A stretch of 63,413 bases of DNA, the filler included, from Aduncisulcus paluster (lineage: Eukaryota), in NCBI GenBank assembly GCA_024181965.1. It is 8 parts of 8 records of this genome, joined end to end, with 100 filler letters (N's around TTAATTAATTAA, not from the genome) between each part and the next. Parts side by side here need not be neighbours in the genome. Positions count along the whole stretch, not along the records: positions 10,917 to 38,183 come from BQXS01011333.1; 7 more parts are not named here. One strand, 5' to 3'. Made by a program: the position numbers and the translations under genes. Below the pieces are notes generated by a model, which saw only the letters and a program-made list of their open reading frames with translations, was not told the origin of the DNA and did no database searches. Below, in pieces: positions 22,501 to 34,938 of this stretch. Positions within the stretch are counted from its first letter, which is position 1. Every line of letters starts with the position of its first letter.

Positions 22501-24287
22501 GAGTTTCTCTTGATGACGTCAGTGAATCGTTGTTTGGAACAGCTTCTGAAGTTGGATATGGACCTGTTTCTGGCAGTAACTCCATCCGTCCGAAAGAAAA
22601 AGTGAAAACAGTAACCTTTGTAGATCTATCTTCAACTTCACCTGGAATATCTGGAAGATCTTCACCAAGAAGCGGGACCAAGACACCCCATTCAATCGTT
22701 CATCGGCTAATTCAGGCCATTCCTCCTTTGCGAGCCATATATAAAATGAAACAACGACAATCTGACGTGGGAATAGTCAATGGAGAATGGGCATCAAAAT
22801 ATTTCCTTCATTTACCAAATATCATCGATGTATTTTTGGAAGATTATTCGGAATTCTCCGGAGAAACCGACATTGATGAGGAAAGTGGATCTTTCCCATT
22901 AGTAGTTGAAGATATTGAAGATGAGAAAGTACAAGATGGTGAGAAAGTACAAGATGGTGAGAAAGTACAAGAACAAGATGTTGATCATCAGGATGAATCT
23001 GATGAAAAAGATGAATTTTTTCCAAGTGAAACCGAGGCTGGAAAATCTGATGATCACACCTCGACATTTGACGGGACAATATCTTCCTGTTCCTCTGGCG
23101 ATCTTGATGGTCTGAGTGAAAAAGGTCTGCGCGTGTCCATTGATGGGCCTGGATTTGCTGCATTTGACACAAAGAAAACAACCCACATGCAATCACTCAA
23201 CTTACCTGCCAAACATGAAGGGGTTGGTGAACCTGCTCATGTGCATGAGGAATCTGAGGAGTTCCGGTATGAAAAAGGGTTTATTCTACCTCCGTTTACA
23301 CCCTTGTGTCTGTTCCTTTCCAATCTGCCTTCTATGATGTCTCATTCGATTGTTCTTACTCGTTCTAACAAAGTTGATGTTGATATCTATCATCCTATTC
23401 AATTCCACACGATAAGGCAATTGTATTTGGATGGAAGAGAAGAAAAACATTCTCCTGAACTGTTTAATAAGGATTTAGATTGGGAACAGACATTTTTGAG
23501 TGAAATATCTCTTTCATTGCCAAAGAAAATGCCTGGTGGTAAAAGCAAATGTGCTTTTTTCACATCAAAATGTGGAAAATATGTTGCGAAGGCATATGAT
23601 CAATCCATAAAGTCCTCGGAAGTTGGAAAATTCCTTGACAAATTCCATGAACAATACTTTTCGTATGCGTATTTTGTATTGTGTCGTGATCTACCAAGTT
23701 ATTTGCAGTTGATTCTTGGGATTTATAGGGTTAAGTTTATTGTAAACGGTAAGAAAACATCCGAATACACAATTCTTCTCAATGAAAATATCGGATATAA
23801 CCGAGTATTGTGTGGAAAGTTTGATCTCAAAGGTTCTCAACGAAATCGATATGTCGATGTTCCTGCTTCGGTGCACAGAACTGACCAACAGTTGCTCGAG
23901 TGTTACAGTTTCCCCTTGTCTCCGCCCAGTCTTGACTACATCCTTCAAAGCATCAATAAGGTTGTGTATCAAGATGATAATGTTCGTGTGAGTGCTTTTC
24001 TGCCATTCACAGTGTCAGAACGGATGAAAGAGGATTTGTTTGAAGGTCTCAACAACGATCTAAAGTTCCTAATGTCGTGTATGAGAGTCGATTATTCCTT
24101 GTTGATATGCCAGGATGCCATCACTGGAGAGCTCGTGTGTGGAATAATCGACTATCTGAGACCTTACACGGTTGTTGAAAAGGGGGAGACGTGGGCAAAA
24201 GGGAAAATGGCAACTGTACAAAATCCTATGTTTTACGCCGCAAGGTTTTGGGATTGGATGGAACATTTCTTTGTTGTCATTGAATAG
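13539..24287 (+). CDS. FAB1: 1-phosphatidylinositol-3-phosphate 5-kinase (Fab1/PIKfyve), split by an intron, gaps and duplicated segments
   Basis: FYVE motif RRRHHCRL^CGNIFCDSC across intron 13792-13914 (GTATGT...TAG); Cpn60/TCP1-like segment at ~18100-18400; Cys-rich region ~19650-20000; PIP-kinase motifs GGKS, FDLKGS, DYSLL, GIIDYLRPY. Confidence 0.85.
14334..14963. repeat. Satellite island: 19-bp tandem repeat (TTATAGTACAAAGAGAAGA) grading into a TAGTA/CAGTA pentamer array
   Basis: About 9 copies of the 19-mer at 14334-14501, then ~460 bp of TAGTA/CAGTA; flanked by N gaps on both sides. Confidence 0.95.
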
Positions 24288-25432
24288 ATTTTCCACACAT
24301 TTGGTCGTGATACTATCGATACCCTGGAGTCTTGAAAAACAATGGTTATACAATGAATATTCCATTTTTATATGTCGAAAAGGATGTACCTTTTGGTGAT
24401 GTTTCGATAAAACAAGGGAAATGGGATAGTGTTGTTTAATGTACTTCTTTTTATGTCGACTGGGAACAGTGCAGATGGCATCTTGGTCACCCACGGAAAC
24501 GGTTTCCGAATAAATTTTCAAAATGTCCAAGTACCGGATTGATTATTTTCTTTCACTCTTGTGCTCTCTCTTTCCATCCAATCTAATACGTGATATCATG
24601 TCATGTCATGATGATTCATGAGATTTGTATAACTACTCGTTTTTCTTGATAATGCCATATACATCACAATGCTCACTTTTGGAAATGGTCTTATTATTTT
24701 GTGATTATTCATATTCTTTCCATCAAATGGCAGAAATATATTGATATTCTTGTTCAATGAAAAGTGATTGGTTAAAGCAGATAAAACCATCAAAATGAAA
24801 CATTCAATGATCTTAAAAAACTTCACAATAATATATAAAACAATTCTACTGGAAACATTAAATTTTTATGCCGATCTTAATAGATTCCATCGAAATTTAA
24901 ATTTTTTGATATAAATTTCTTTTTCCCGTGTTGTGGGTCGATGAAATATTCCTTGTGCTGAAATATAAAACCGTTTTGACTTGAAGCATTATGAAAAAAA
25001 ACCAACTATCTGATTGTTTGGCCGTGTTTTGTTTGATTTCTTTGTTACCTATGAAATACTGTTATTTATGCGATCTACTTCACCATTGTTGACGGTAAAA
25101 TTGGTATTATGTTGAATCTAAACCATAAATGACCGTTGAACTTTATGGTAGAGAAATTGGAAAGATTTCTCAGCTGAGGAAATATCTAAAATAAGGAGGA
25201 GGAAAAAATATTTTATTGGGGGTTTATATTGGTATTAATGTTAATGAAAAGGTAAATTGACCATACCTCCATTCAAATTATTATTTCTCAGACTGATCCT
25301 CTGAGAACCACACAATATGCCATTTTTTGTAACCATTCAATTTCCTATATTCCATTTTTCAGGGATATTTTTGATTTCTTAATATATTGGAGCATTATTT
25401 GTTGCATCACAAATAAGTTTTCACATTTCTTC

Positions 25433-28400
25433 ATGAATAATATTTTCATGTATTCTGGTTTAGAACGTCATAAAATGCATCTTCAAGTATTACTTTTCGG
25501 AATTATTCTACTTTTCCTCCTTGTCAATACTGCCAATTCCTCTGATATTGCTTATTCTGAGAGGATTCATAAAACTCACACTGAATCATGGTCACAGCAG
25601 GATAAAAATGATTTGAGGGGTGGATTTCATCATAATATTCATAAACTATCTTATTCAACAAAACATAATCTCAAGTTCTCCGTAGAAAATAACAAAAGAC
25701 AATTTGGTCCCTTCATTGACAATATTAATGACAATATTAATGAACTTGATGATATAACTAATACTACTGCTGTTGAACATTCAAAAGTGTTTAAATATCA
25801 AAATAATTCAATCGATTATACCTCAACTCAGATTTCTCGTCATCAAGTCAATTCTCCGGTGAAAGAATCCAGTGATAATGGTGAATATAAGTCATCCTTT
25901 TGTCTCTTTATTGATGGAGACTTATGGTGGCTTGTCTTTTTTGGACTCTTCTGGCCGTTTGTTTTTGGTTGCTGTTGTGAGGAAGTAGTGTTGAATTTTT
26001 TTGGTGATATTTCTTCATTCATGTCTGGAATTTTCATTCCGTTGTTTATCAAAGGGTTGATTATCGCAGGTCCAGGATGGTTAACTATTGTTGGATTAAT
26101 AGTTGGAATTCTCAATGGAATTGTTGGAATAATTGTGATGATCAATATCGATCAGAAGACTATCTCGATTCTCATGCATTTCATTGGGTTTTTTTTGTGT
26201 GGTTGTACTTCTCTTGCAGGGTTTTTTCTGAATCAACAGTTTCTTTATCTTCCAACCATTTTATGTATTTGTTCGATCTTAATTGTGGCATTTGGCTTGA
26301 ATAATGAGGATAATGAAAAGATTGTTGCTCTGATATGTTTGATATTGAATTCTGTAGCGGTGTGCATTATGCTTCTCATTTGGGGGTATATCAAAGATAG
26401 TATCGCGTGCATTGTTCTTGGTTTATTACCCATTCTGATAGCTTTGACGATAGGCCATTTTGTGCTGTTACATTTTAACTTTGAAGAAGAAATTATTTTA
26501 TTCAATTCTTCAATTGGGATACCTTTTTTAACTATGATAGCGCAAGCAATTGGATTTTCTGTTTGTTTGTTTATATATCTGTATGGCATTCACAATAGAA
26601 GAGAAAGGAGTATGTGTGTTATAATCACAATTATAATGATTAGCATTGATATGATTATAAATATTGGGGTTGAAATAATTATTTTGGCCATCAATACATC
26701 TTATTACATGAAATCCATCGGATCTCTTCTCTTCATGTCCATCTTTACTCTGTTCGATTCCTTCTTTATTGTGTCATCCATTGCCCTCTGGATATCCAAA
26801 GCAGATTGGAAGATGGCACTGATATCAACTTTATTGGCGCTCTTCTTTAGTTTCTTCGAAGTTTGTTCAGTGATAGGGTTCTTTGATAAATCTTCTTCCG
26901 GTTTTGTCAAACTGTTTGGAGATGCCTTTTTTGAGAGCATTGCCACCCCCATATTTGCATTTTTATGGTTACCAATGCTCGTCCTCCCAATCTTCTATGA
27001 TTTCGTCTTCTCTGAAAGTTACAGTCTGCACCCGTTGTGTTGGGCTTCTGGATGTCTGGGTATCCTTTCCCTTGTTCTGATGATTTCTGGATGGAAGGTT
27101 TATAGAGATAAACATTCAAAGGCGATTCTTTTGATGGATTTGCTTGTGAGTTTTGCGAGTACTGCTCTTGTGGCTGGGATTTGGTTGTGTCGTAATCAAG
27201 CTCTGGGGATTTCCCTGATGGTTCTTAGTGGGATTGGTCTCATTGTGTTCGTTGTGTTGCTTGTCGTTTTGAATAAGAAACCCCACAAACAAACCCTTCC
27301 AATTCACATTATTTCTCCTGTTCCAAATCCACCTGTACCAGGTACGGTACCTTATCCAGAACCAAAACCCAAGCCAAAGCCAATTCTTCCAATCACTCCA
27401 AAACCTCCAGCCCCAGATCCGAAACCTAAACTTCCTGATACATACACCTTGACTACACCAGATGGAATTGAATCGTTATGTATCATTGGACAAGGTGGAT
27501 TTGGTCAAGTATTACTTGTACAGATCCCTTGGATTGAAGAACCATGTGCGTTCAAGAAAATGCGCCGACAAGCAAATGAACAATTTATTAAGAATTTTAA
27601 AACAGAGTTTAAAATCCAAAGAAAGATGTTTAAACTATGTTCAGAGCGAATCCCTAAACCCCAATATATTTTCAATTTCCTTAATAAGAAACTCATTGGT
27701 ACATTTGGATTCACAATGGAATTTTGTAGGGGTGGGAGCATTTCTGAGTTTGCCAAACTGTGGTGTCTCGATACATATGATCCATTCAAAATTGCCTCCA
27801 TATGTATATCTGCTATTGAATGTCTTGATGATGTTCAGCAGGGAATTGAATGGGAAAAGAGAGAGCGATTTGCCCACCGTGATATCAAACCTGAAAACTT
27901 TCTTGTTCGAATTGATCCAAAGACAAACGCTTGCAAAGTTGTTCTTGGGGATTTGGGTTTAGTGAGACATCAAGATGTTTCACACCCTCACGATTCAGAT
28001 TCCCAATCCCCATTATCTAGTTCTGTTGATTCTATTTCGGATTCTTCTTCTTCATATTCTTTTTCAATTTCGAGATTGTCAACACCTTCCTCATCTTTTT
28101 CTTTTTCGGTTTCGGGATTATCCATACCTTCATCGAGGTCTTCGGAAGCAAAAAAAGGGGGCGTTAAAGTATGTGGTACTCTCAGGTATAATGCTCCCGA
28201 GTCTTTACTATATGGAGTCCAAAATGCGAAGAGTGATGCATATGCGTTAGGATTAACGATATATGCTTTGTTCAGTGGTACTCCACCTTATTTTGAAATT
28301 TTAAAGCATTGTAGTTCACTTACTGCAGTATACAGGAAACTTATTGACTCGATGGAGAAAGATATTTTCCCTGATATTAGATCATGTCCTCTATTTAAGA

Positions 28401-28705
28401 AATTAAGGCAATCTCCTCATAAAGACAAAAGAGGTGGGGAAGTTGCAGATTGTTTACAGGAAGTATTCTTAGGATTAATACACAAAGATCCTAAAAAGAG
28501 AATGTCTGTTCATGAAGCAAGGGAAATCGTCAAAGAAATGAAACCATTTATTCCTCGCCTTGGGGAAGGGATTAAATGTCCATCAATTGATGCGATTGTT
28601 GCTCGTCAGTTGGATGAATATGATCATGATATGGGATCTATTGTTGACATAACTGTTCCAACACCAGGGGTATGGGATAGCATGCTATCCGATAGCAGAG
28701 TGTAG
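25433..28705 (+). CDS. Multipass transmembrane protein fused to a Ser/Thr protein kinase
   Basis: Signal-peptide-like MHLQVLLFGIILLFLLVNTANS (ATG 25475), a long run of hydrophobic helices, a Pro-rich linker, then GQGGFG, AFKK, HRDIKPEN, DLG, GTLRYNAPE and SDAYALG. Confidence 0.85.
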   Translation: MNNIFMYSGLERHKMHLQVLLFGIILLFLLVNTANSSDIAYSERIHKTHTESWSQQDKNDLRGGFHHNIHKLSYSTKHNLKFSVENNKRQFGPFIDNINDNINELDDITNTTAVEHSKVFKYQNNSIDYTSTQISRHQVNSPVKESSDNGEYKSSFCLFIDGDLWWLVFFGLFWPFVFGCCCEEVVLNFFGDISSFMSGIFIPLFIKGLIIAGPGWLTIVGLIVGILNGIVGIIVMINIDQKTISILMHFIGFFLCGCTSLAGFFLNQQFLYLPTILCICSILIVAFGLNNEDNEKIVALICLILNSVAVCIMLLIWGYIKDSIACIVLGLLPILIALTIGHFVLLHFNFEEEIILFNSSIGIPFLTMIAQAIGFSVCLFIYLYGIHNRRERSMCVIITIIMISIDMIINIGVEIIILAINTSYYMKSIGSLLFMSIFTLFDSFFIVSSIALWISKADWKMALISTLLALFFSFFEVCSVIGFFDKSSSGFVKLFGDAFFESIATPIFAFLWLPMLVLPIFYDFVFSESYSLHPLCWASGCLGILSLVLMISGWKVYRDKHSKAILLMDLLVSFASTALVAGIWLCRNQALGISLMVLSGIGLIVFVVLLVVLNKKPHKQTLPIHIISPVPNPPVPGTVPYPEPKPKPKPILPITPKPPAPDPKPKLPDTYTLTTPDGIESLCIIGQGGFGQVLLVQIPWIEEPCAFKKMRRQANEQFIKNFKTEFKIQRKMFKLCSERIPKPQYIFNFLNKKLIGTFGFTMEFCRGGSISEFAKLWCLDTYDPFKIASICISAIECLDDVQQGIEWEKRERFAHRDIKPENFLVRIDPKTNACKVVLGDLGLVRHQDVSHPHDSDSQSPLSSSVDSISDSSSSYSFSISRLSTPSSSFSFSVSGLSIPSSRSSEAKKGGVKVCGTLRYNAPESLLYGVQNAKSDAYALGLTIYALFSGTPPYFEILKHCSSLTAVYRKLIDSMEKDIFPDIRSCPLFKKLRQSPHKDKRGGEVADCLQEVFLGLIHKDPKKRMSVHEAREIVKEMKPFIPRLGEGIKCPSIDAIVARQLDEYDHDMGSIVDITVPTPGVWDSMLSDSRV

Positions 28706-28791
28706 AGTTAATGATTTGGGATGACAGTCCATAGAATCCTTAAAGATTTAATCCTTAGAAGTTGGGATAATATTGATATTGAGTTCTTCAA

Positions 28792-30471
28792 TTATTTTAT
28801 TCCCCATATTGTCTTGTATTGTTGATACAATCTTTGGTTAACCTTTCGATGGTTATAATCAAGCTCCATCTCATGAGGATCTGTGGTAAAGACAAGCCCG
28901 GAAGCAATAAGAGCCCAAGGATAACCAGCCCACGACCTTTTGCACAATATTACACATTTGACAACATTTTTAATACCAAGAGGGATGCTTATTTGTTGGC
29001 GTTCACGTGATCTATTTCTATCAATAAAAAATTCTTTTGTAAAAGAACTGCGCAATTCTCCTCCATCATTTGTATGAAATGTGATATCGATATCCCTTGG
29101 TTGGTTTTCTGAAGAAGGAATTTCGAATGAGAGAGAAAGAAGTGATGATGGCTCTGAAAAGGGTATAATCAAGTCATAAAATTGGAGATCTATGGGGATT
29201 GCAAAGCTATCGATGTGGAATGAAGCTCGATAACTGGACAAAGCAGGGAGATTGAATTCATAGAAATGACCAGATACTTCTCTAAATTTAACTATAGCGA
29301 TATTCAAAGGAGTAATCGATTCAATGAGATGTTTCTTGCTGATAACTTTTGATTTAATAGCTCGAGATAGTCTTTCCTCATTGGAAATCTTATGGTCAGC
29401 CCTGAGCGTAGGCCATTCATCTTCAGAACGAATAAACCGAATATCCGAGATTGACCAAGATTTCTTCATCACATCAAAAATTCCCTCTCCTTCTTTTGAA
29501 GGGTCTGAGAAGTAAGCACAAATGACTTGAATATCACATCGAAAGGCGCTTTTCACAACCACATCCAATGCGTGACATCCTTGGGGATTATTTATAGCGA
29601 ATGAGAAAGATTCCTGGCCCTCAAGTGTGAAGAAATTGAGATCAAGATTCACTTGGAAAACGCCAATATCTAATGGAGAAGGAACATGGTGAATCATAAC
29701 AGAAGAAACATCTTGGATCGAATCAAAACGAAGAGACAATGAGCTAAAATTACATGAATCGGGGGAAAGAAGAAGTTTTACAAGCTGAGAATCATCTTGT
29801 TTTCGGTATTCGTTCACAAAATGACATCTGGACATATTCAATTGGACGACCTCAGGATCTAACATTTGGAAAGGTGGGAAATCGGACAAATAACGGGACA
29901 AATGAGGACAAGAAATAGTTGAATAGAGCTGATGACGAAGTTTTTTACATTTTGCTGGAGGGACATGAATAGAAAATGAGCTCACAGAAAACATTACCTG
30001 ATCATTTGACCATGAATCAACGGCGATAATCTCAAAGGAGGTCACATTTTTTAACGATACTGGAATGATATAATATTTTGACCTTGTTCGAGGCATGAAA
30101 TACTCACGTCGGGAGATGGAATTGTTTGAAAAATGAAAAATAATATCAAAATTTTTCGGTGAATTTTGCTCAACAGCAACATGAAAACATAATATATCGA
30201 TTGGGAGACTAAACGGAATAGTGATAGAGAACCAAGGAACCCGAATTGGGGGACCAAACCTCATACTATTGGATTTAGAAACAAACCATACTGGCCTTCC
30301 ATGATGTGTTTTTCGGTCATACGTTGTCCCATAAACACTGCTTTGAACAGGGAAAAACTTGGTTTTGGGTAAAATACTTGCGAGTTTGCATTCGGCGCAT
30401 GCGAATTTTTTAATGTCTGTAATATCACTTGAAATTGAAAGATCGCTATCAGAATCCGATTCTTCTAACAT
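28792..30471 (-). CDS. Hypothetical protein with ~3 repeats of a beta-rich domain related to those N-terminal to the kinase at 51203-54353
   Basis: Recurrent ITIPFS...P...DIIFH...IPV.LKNV..CEI pattern, similar to LSIPFS...FLPIDL.NV..CEIE in the other contig. Confidence 0.55.
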   Translation of the reverse strand: MLEESDSDSDLSISSDITDIKKFACAECKLASILPKTKFFPVQSSVYGTTYDRKTHHGRPVWFVSKSNSMRFGPPIRVPWFSITIPFSLPIDILCFHVAVEQNSPKNFDIIFHFSNNSISRREYFMPRTRSKYYIIPVSLKNVTSFEIIAVDSWSNDQVMFSVSSFSIHVPPAKCKKLRHQLYSTISCPHLSRYLSDFPPFQMLDPEVVQLNMSRCHFVNEYRKQDDSQLVKLLLSPDSCNFSSLSLRFDSIQDVSSVMIHHVPSPLDIGVFQVNLDLNFFTLEGQESFSFAINNPQGCHALDVVVKSAFRCDIQVICAYFSDPSKEGEGIFDVMKKSWSISDIRFIRSEDEWPTLRADHKISNEERLSRAIKSKVISKKHLIESITPLNIAIVKFREVSGHFYEFNLPALSSYRASFHIDSFAIPIDLQFYDLIIPFSEPSSLLSLSFEIPSSENQPRDIDITFHTNDGGELRSSFTKEFFIDRNRSRERQQISIPLGIKNVVKCVILCKRSWAGYPWALIASGLVFTTDPHEMELDYNHRKVNQRLYQQYKTIWGIK

Positions 30472-31238
30472 ATTATTGCCAATTTCAACAAAAAAAAAGT
30501 TGTGAAATGTGATGATTCTTCAAAACGTGAAAAATTGTTCGTCAATGTTGATTAACGTTCCATATTCAGTTTATAATAAAGTGAAANNNNNNNNNNNNNN
30601 NNNNNNAACAGGGAAAAACTTGGTTTTGGGTAAAATACTTGCGAGTTTGCATTCGGCGCATGCGAATTTTTTAATGTCTGTAATATCACTTGAAATTGAA
30701 AGATCGCTATCAGAATCCGATTCTTCTAACATATTATTGCCAATTTCAACAAAAAAAAAGTTGTGAAATGTGATGATTCTTCAAAACGTGAAAAATTGTT
30801 CGTCAATGTTGATTAACGTTCCATATTCAGTTTATAATAAAGTGAAATCCCCTTACAACAATGCTAAACTGTTGTTCTTGAATGAAATAATTAATTTTAT
30901 ATGTAAATTAGGGGAGTATTCAAGAGATAATGTCTGAGAGCTCAGTGAGTTGAAATATCTTTATTTATTTTTTGTTATTTTTCAAATACAATATTTGCGA
31001 ATAAATTGTACAATAATTGTCCATACAACAATATCCATGGTCTCACATGGAGTGAGACGAGAGAGAAATAATAATATAGAAATTTGGTAAAAGATACAAT
31101 TCTTTAATATATTACTCATAAAAAAAAGGAGTTTTCATCCACTCATTCATAGTAAAATTAGGATGCCGGAAATAGGATATTCTTCTCGAGGGAAATAAAT
31201 TAGTGAAGAGTGTAAACCGAAAAAAAAAACCTTTTCCA

Positions 31239-33784
31239 TCACTTCCTCTGCAACTCCCTTTCCACTCTATCGAGAAGTGTTAGTCTTTTCTTTGAACGTT
31301 TGGGAGAACTAAGAGCAGGCCCGAACGAGTAATCGGTCTCGACAACCTTCAAATGGGCTTGCTTGACTTGCTTAGAGATGGGGGGGGTACCAAACTCAGT
31401 TTTCATGGGATCAGCACGGGGCTCAGTAAGACTTTCCCTCAATAATTTCCCATATCCCTGGACAACAGTGACGTCATCGCCAGTCATGATATTGGGAGTG
31501 TCAGAGTTGACCGGAGCAATAGCAGAACGGTCAACATCCTCTTCCTCGTGCCGGTGGTGGTTGAGAGTGGATGAAATTGTCATGGCTGTCGAGGGAACAA
31601 TTTCTTCTCCGTCTCTTGGCTCCTTCTTCTCAGGAGGATCATCAACTTTGCCGGAAGTCTTTGAAGGGGTCGGAGCAGGGGGACGAGCAGGGGTAGGCGT
31701 GTGAAGTAAAGGAATCCTTGACAGGCCTCTCAGACCACGCTTGATCTTTGGCTTATGGATCGGAGTGTGGGTAATGTATCCAGCTTGGGCAATGTCACTG
31801 CCTCTGCTACCAGTTCTACTCATAAGAACAGATGTATTCGCAGCTAACTCGGCAGCCACACTGCTTACATTGCCACTCAGTCGACCACTATAGTAACCAT
31901 ATGTGTTCTGTGGATTGGAAGCGGCTGAGGAGGCTCCATTGCCAGTGCCAGCCCTGGAGGTTTGACCAGAAGAAGGGGGATGGGCAGATGGGAGCATTCT
32001 GTTGGGCATATCGTCAATGGAGGCAGGGATCATGGGATGTGGAAGGGAAGTGTCGAGGGGATCACCAAGGGGAGAAGAAGAGGACGGGGGGAGAGTGGTC
32101 TTCTCAACAATGGTTCCATCTTTATGTTTCTTAATAACTTTTTTAACACGCTTCCTCCTTATCTTCTTTCCAGAGGCGGAGGTCTCGGCAACAGATTGAG
32201 CCTTGATCTCTTCTTTCCTCTTCCTCCGCAACTCTTCAAGGGCCTCTTTTCCACCGGCCTTGAGAGCCTCTTCTTCCTCCAATCTCTTCTGTTTCAGATA
32301 GCTCTTACGCAGAATACGCTCGCTAACGTCCTCTGAGAAGACAGAAGAACGAGGAGGTTTCTCACGGCTCAAGAGAATATCGTTCCCATTCTCCTTTATC
32401 CCCTCTTTCTTTGTGGGTGAAAGGACAGGTCCGAAGAAGAAAACCTCATCGCCTTCGTCAGAATCATGCTTTTTAGGGCGAGGATGACGGTGGCCGGAAC
32501 GAGAAGAAATGGTGGACATGGATGACGATACACGCTCCACAGGCTTATTTTTATCAAGGTCTTCACGAACATGGTTCCATTTCAGGTTTCCTTGAACCCA
32601 TTCGGAAGATTCACGGTCAGGTTCACGAAGACGCATCTCGGCATGTATTCTGGCCGCAATCTCTCCGGTAGTGCCCTTTTTAGCATATACAACCTCAGGA
32701 TCATCGGCCAAGGGATCATAATCAAGCACAACTGACCGAATAGTGTCAAAAACACGATCAGACAGACCACCATGCTCAGCGAGGGTCTTGGACTGTTTTT
32801 GAACCTGCTTACGTTGTGTTGGAGATAATGTAGGATAGTATGAAGGATGGGCCGGGTGGGCAGAAGGCGGAGATGAGGGGATAAGGCCGGTTGAAGCTCT
32901 ACGGTGGGGTGGAGTGGATGGAGAAGCAACCAAGTCATGTTGAGAATGTTTTAAGAGGTTAACAGAGCCGCGGCTTCTTGAAGACCTCTGCGTAATTGAC
33001 CTGGGGATTGGAGAAGAGGGAATTCCATTTGAAGATACTCCAACGCGAGGAAGATGTCCAGATGTAGAAGGGCGATGTTGAGGCTTATCAGATTTACGTA
33101 ATTTACCTCTTTTAAAAGAAGAAGGTGATGAAGAGAATGAATGTAGAGGTGCAACACTCGTACTTGATACAGTTCGTTTAGATTTAGGGAAGAAAGGGGT
33201 TAGTCTTCTCATGGCTGAAGTTTGTCTTTTGATATCAATTTTTGATGGAGNNNNNNNNNNNNNNNNNNNNGGTTAACAGAGCCGCGGCTTCTTGAAGACC
33301 TCTGCGTAATTGACCTGGGGATTGGAGAAGAGGGAATTCCATTTGAAGATACTCCAACGCGAGGAAGATGTCCAGATGTAGAAGGGCGATGTTGAGGCTT
33401 ATCAGATTTACGTAATTTACCTCTTTTAAAAGAAGAAGGTGATGAAGAGAATGAATGTAGAGGTGCAACACTCGTACTTGATACAGTTCGTTTAGATTTA
33501 GGGAAGAAAGGGGTTAGTCTTCTCATGGCTGAAGTTTGTCTTTTGATATCAATTTTTGATGGAGCTATTCCAGATTCATCAAAGAGGGGTTGATGGGGAA
33601 TCATTTCTTTAGATTCTGACTCTTCTTCCACTTCTTCATATTCATAACTATCCTCTTCTTCTTCATAATGATCAAGGAGATCAGAATTTGATTTAGACAC
33701 ATCCTTTTTATCCATATCTTCCAATCTTTTCTTAGCCTCATCTGTAAGGTCGGCTTCAGTAAAAGAAACAAATTCACGCATCAT
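31239..33784 (-). CDS. Hypothetical low-complexity (Ser/Pro/Lys-rich) protein interrupted by a gap with a duplicated overlap
   Basis: ORFs 33209-33832 and 31239-33212 share the same MRRLTPFFPK... sequence on both sides of the gap. Confidence 0.6.
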
Positions 33785-34008
33785 TTTTTGACTATTATGA
33801 ATTTGTTTAATTGGATATTGTGAGTTTATCACTCAGTACACAAAACAAAAATGGAGATCACAATGGAGATTTGCTCATTATCCAAAAATTCAGTGATTTT
33901 ACGGGACTATTTTCAAAAATAATAAATAAAAATTAAAGAAATAAAATATTTTCCCTTAAATTGAAGAAAAAATTACCTTTTATTTTGTTTCATTTGATGA
34001 AGGAAAAA

Positions 34009-34683
34009 TTATTCTTTACCTTCCTCCTCCTCGAGTCCCTCAATAGCACCATCGTCTTCCTTCCCGAGTTCGGCCATCTTGGCAAGCTCTTCCATATTTG
34101 GCATTCCATCAGCGCCTCCCATTTGCTTCATAAGCTCTTCCATGCTTGGCATTCCAGCACCACCCATTCCAGGCATTCCGCCCATTCCGCCCATCATATC
34201 AGCCATATTGGGCATTCCAGCGCCACCCATGCCACCCATGCCACCCATCATATCGGCCATGTTGGGCATTCCACCGGGCATTCCACCCATTCCTGGCATT
34301 CCAGGCATACCTCCAAGACCTTCGTAACCAGCACCAAAGTCATCCTTCTTAGGGTGTTCTTCATCTTCATCAACCCATTTGTTCCAGTCAATCTTTAACC
34401 ATGGAGCCTTGAAACGAGTGGCAGTGAGACGAGGCCACCACTTCTCTTCAGCCTTGATCAACTTGATTTCTACACAACGACCAAGGACTTTTTTACCAGA
34501 TTTCTCCATATCAACATCGGCGTAAAGCTCAAGTTCAAAGGAATATTCTTTTTCACCAGATTTTCCAGTGAATTTCATTTTCTTTTCGACAACCTCTAAA
34601 GTAACATCGGAAAGGTCTGAAACAGCTATTCTGAAGTAAATAAAAGGCGTACGTTGGGCCCAAAAAACGTTAGGAGAAACCAT
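34009..34683 (-). CDS. SBA1: Hsp90 co-chaperone p23/Sba1 (CS domain) with Gly-Met-rich tail
   Basis: [32 protein letters not shown] repeats. Confidence 0.92.
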   Translation of the reverse strand: MVSPNVFWAQRTPFIYFRIAVSDLSDVTLEVVEKKMKFTGKSGEKEYSFELELYADVDMEKSGKKVLGRCVEIKLIKAEEKWWPRLTATRFKAPWLKIDWNKWVDEDEEHPKKDDFGAGYEGLGGMPGMPGMGGMPGGMPNMADMMGGMGGMGGAGMPNMADMMGGMGGMPGMGGAGMPSMEELMKQMGGADGMPNMEELAKMAELGKEDDGAIEGLEEEEGKE

Positions 34684-34938
34684 TGATAAATATTGTACGA
34701 GGAAAACGAGAAACGAAAAATCAATCGGACCACAGTGATATTGATAATTTTTTAAAATGCATTTAGAACTGTATTAATACATATATTTGAATTGTGCGAA
34801 ACATGAAAATAAAAAAATGATTTTTGGTTTGGATGTGATTCTAATATTTCACGTTTTATTTCTAAGGGAGTCAAATGAACCTTAAAAACAAAAAAATCGT
34901 AAAATAAACAATTAATGACATATAATTAATTATAACAT

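Noticed and set aside
34079-34330. Gly-Gly-Met repeats in p23
   Set aside because: A common low-complexity tail in p23 and other chaperones.
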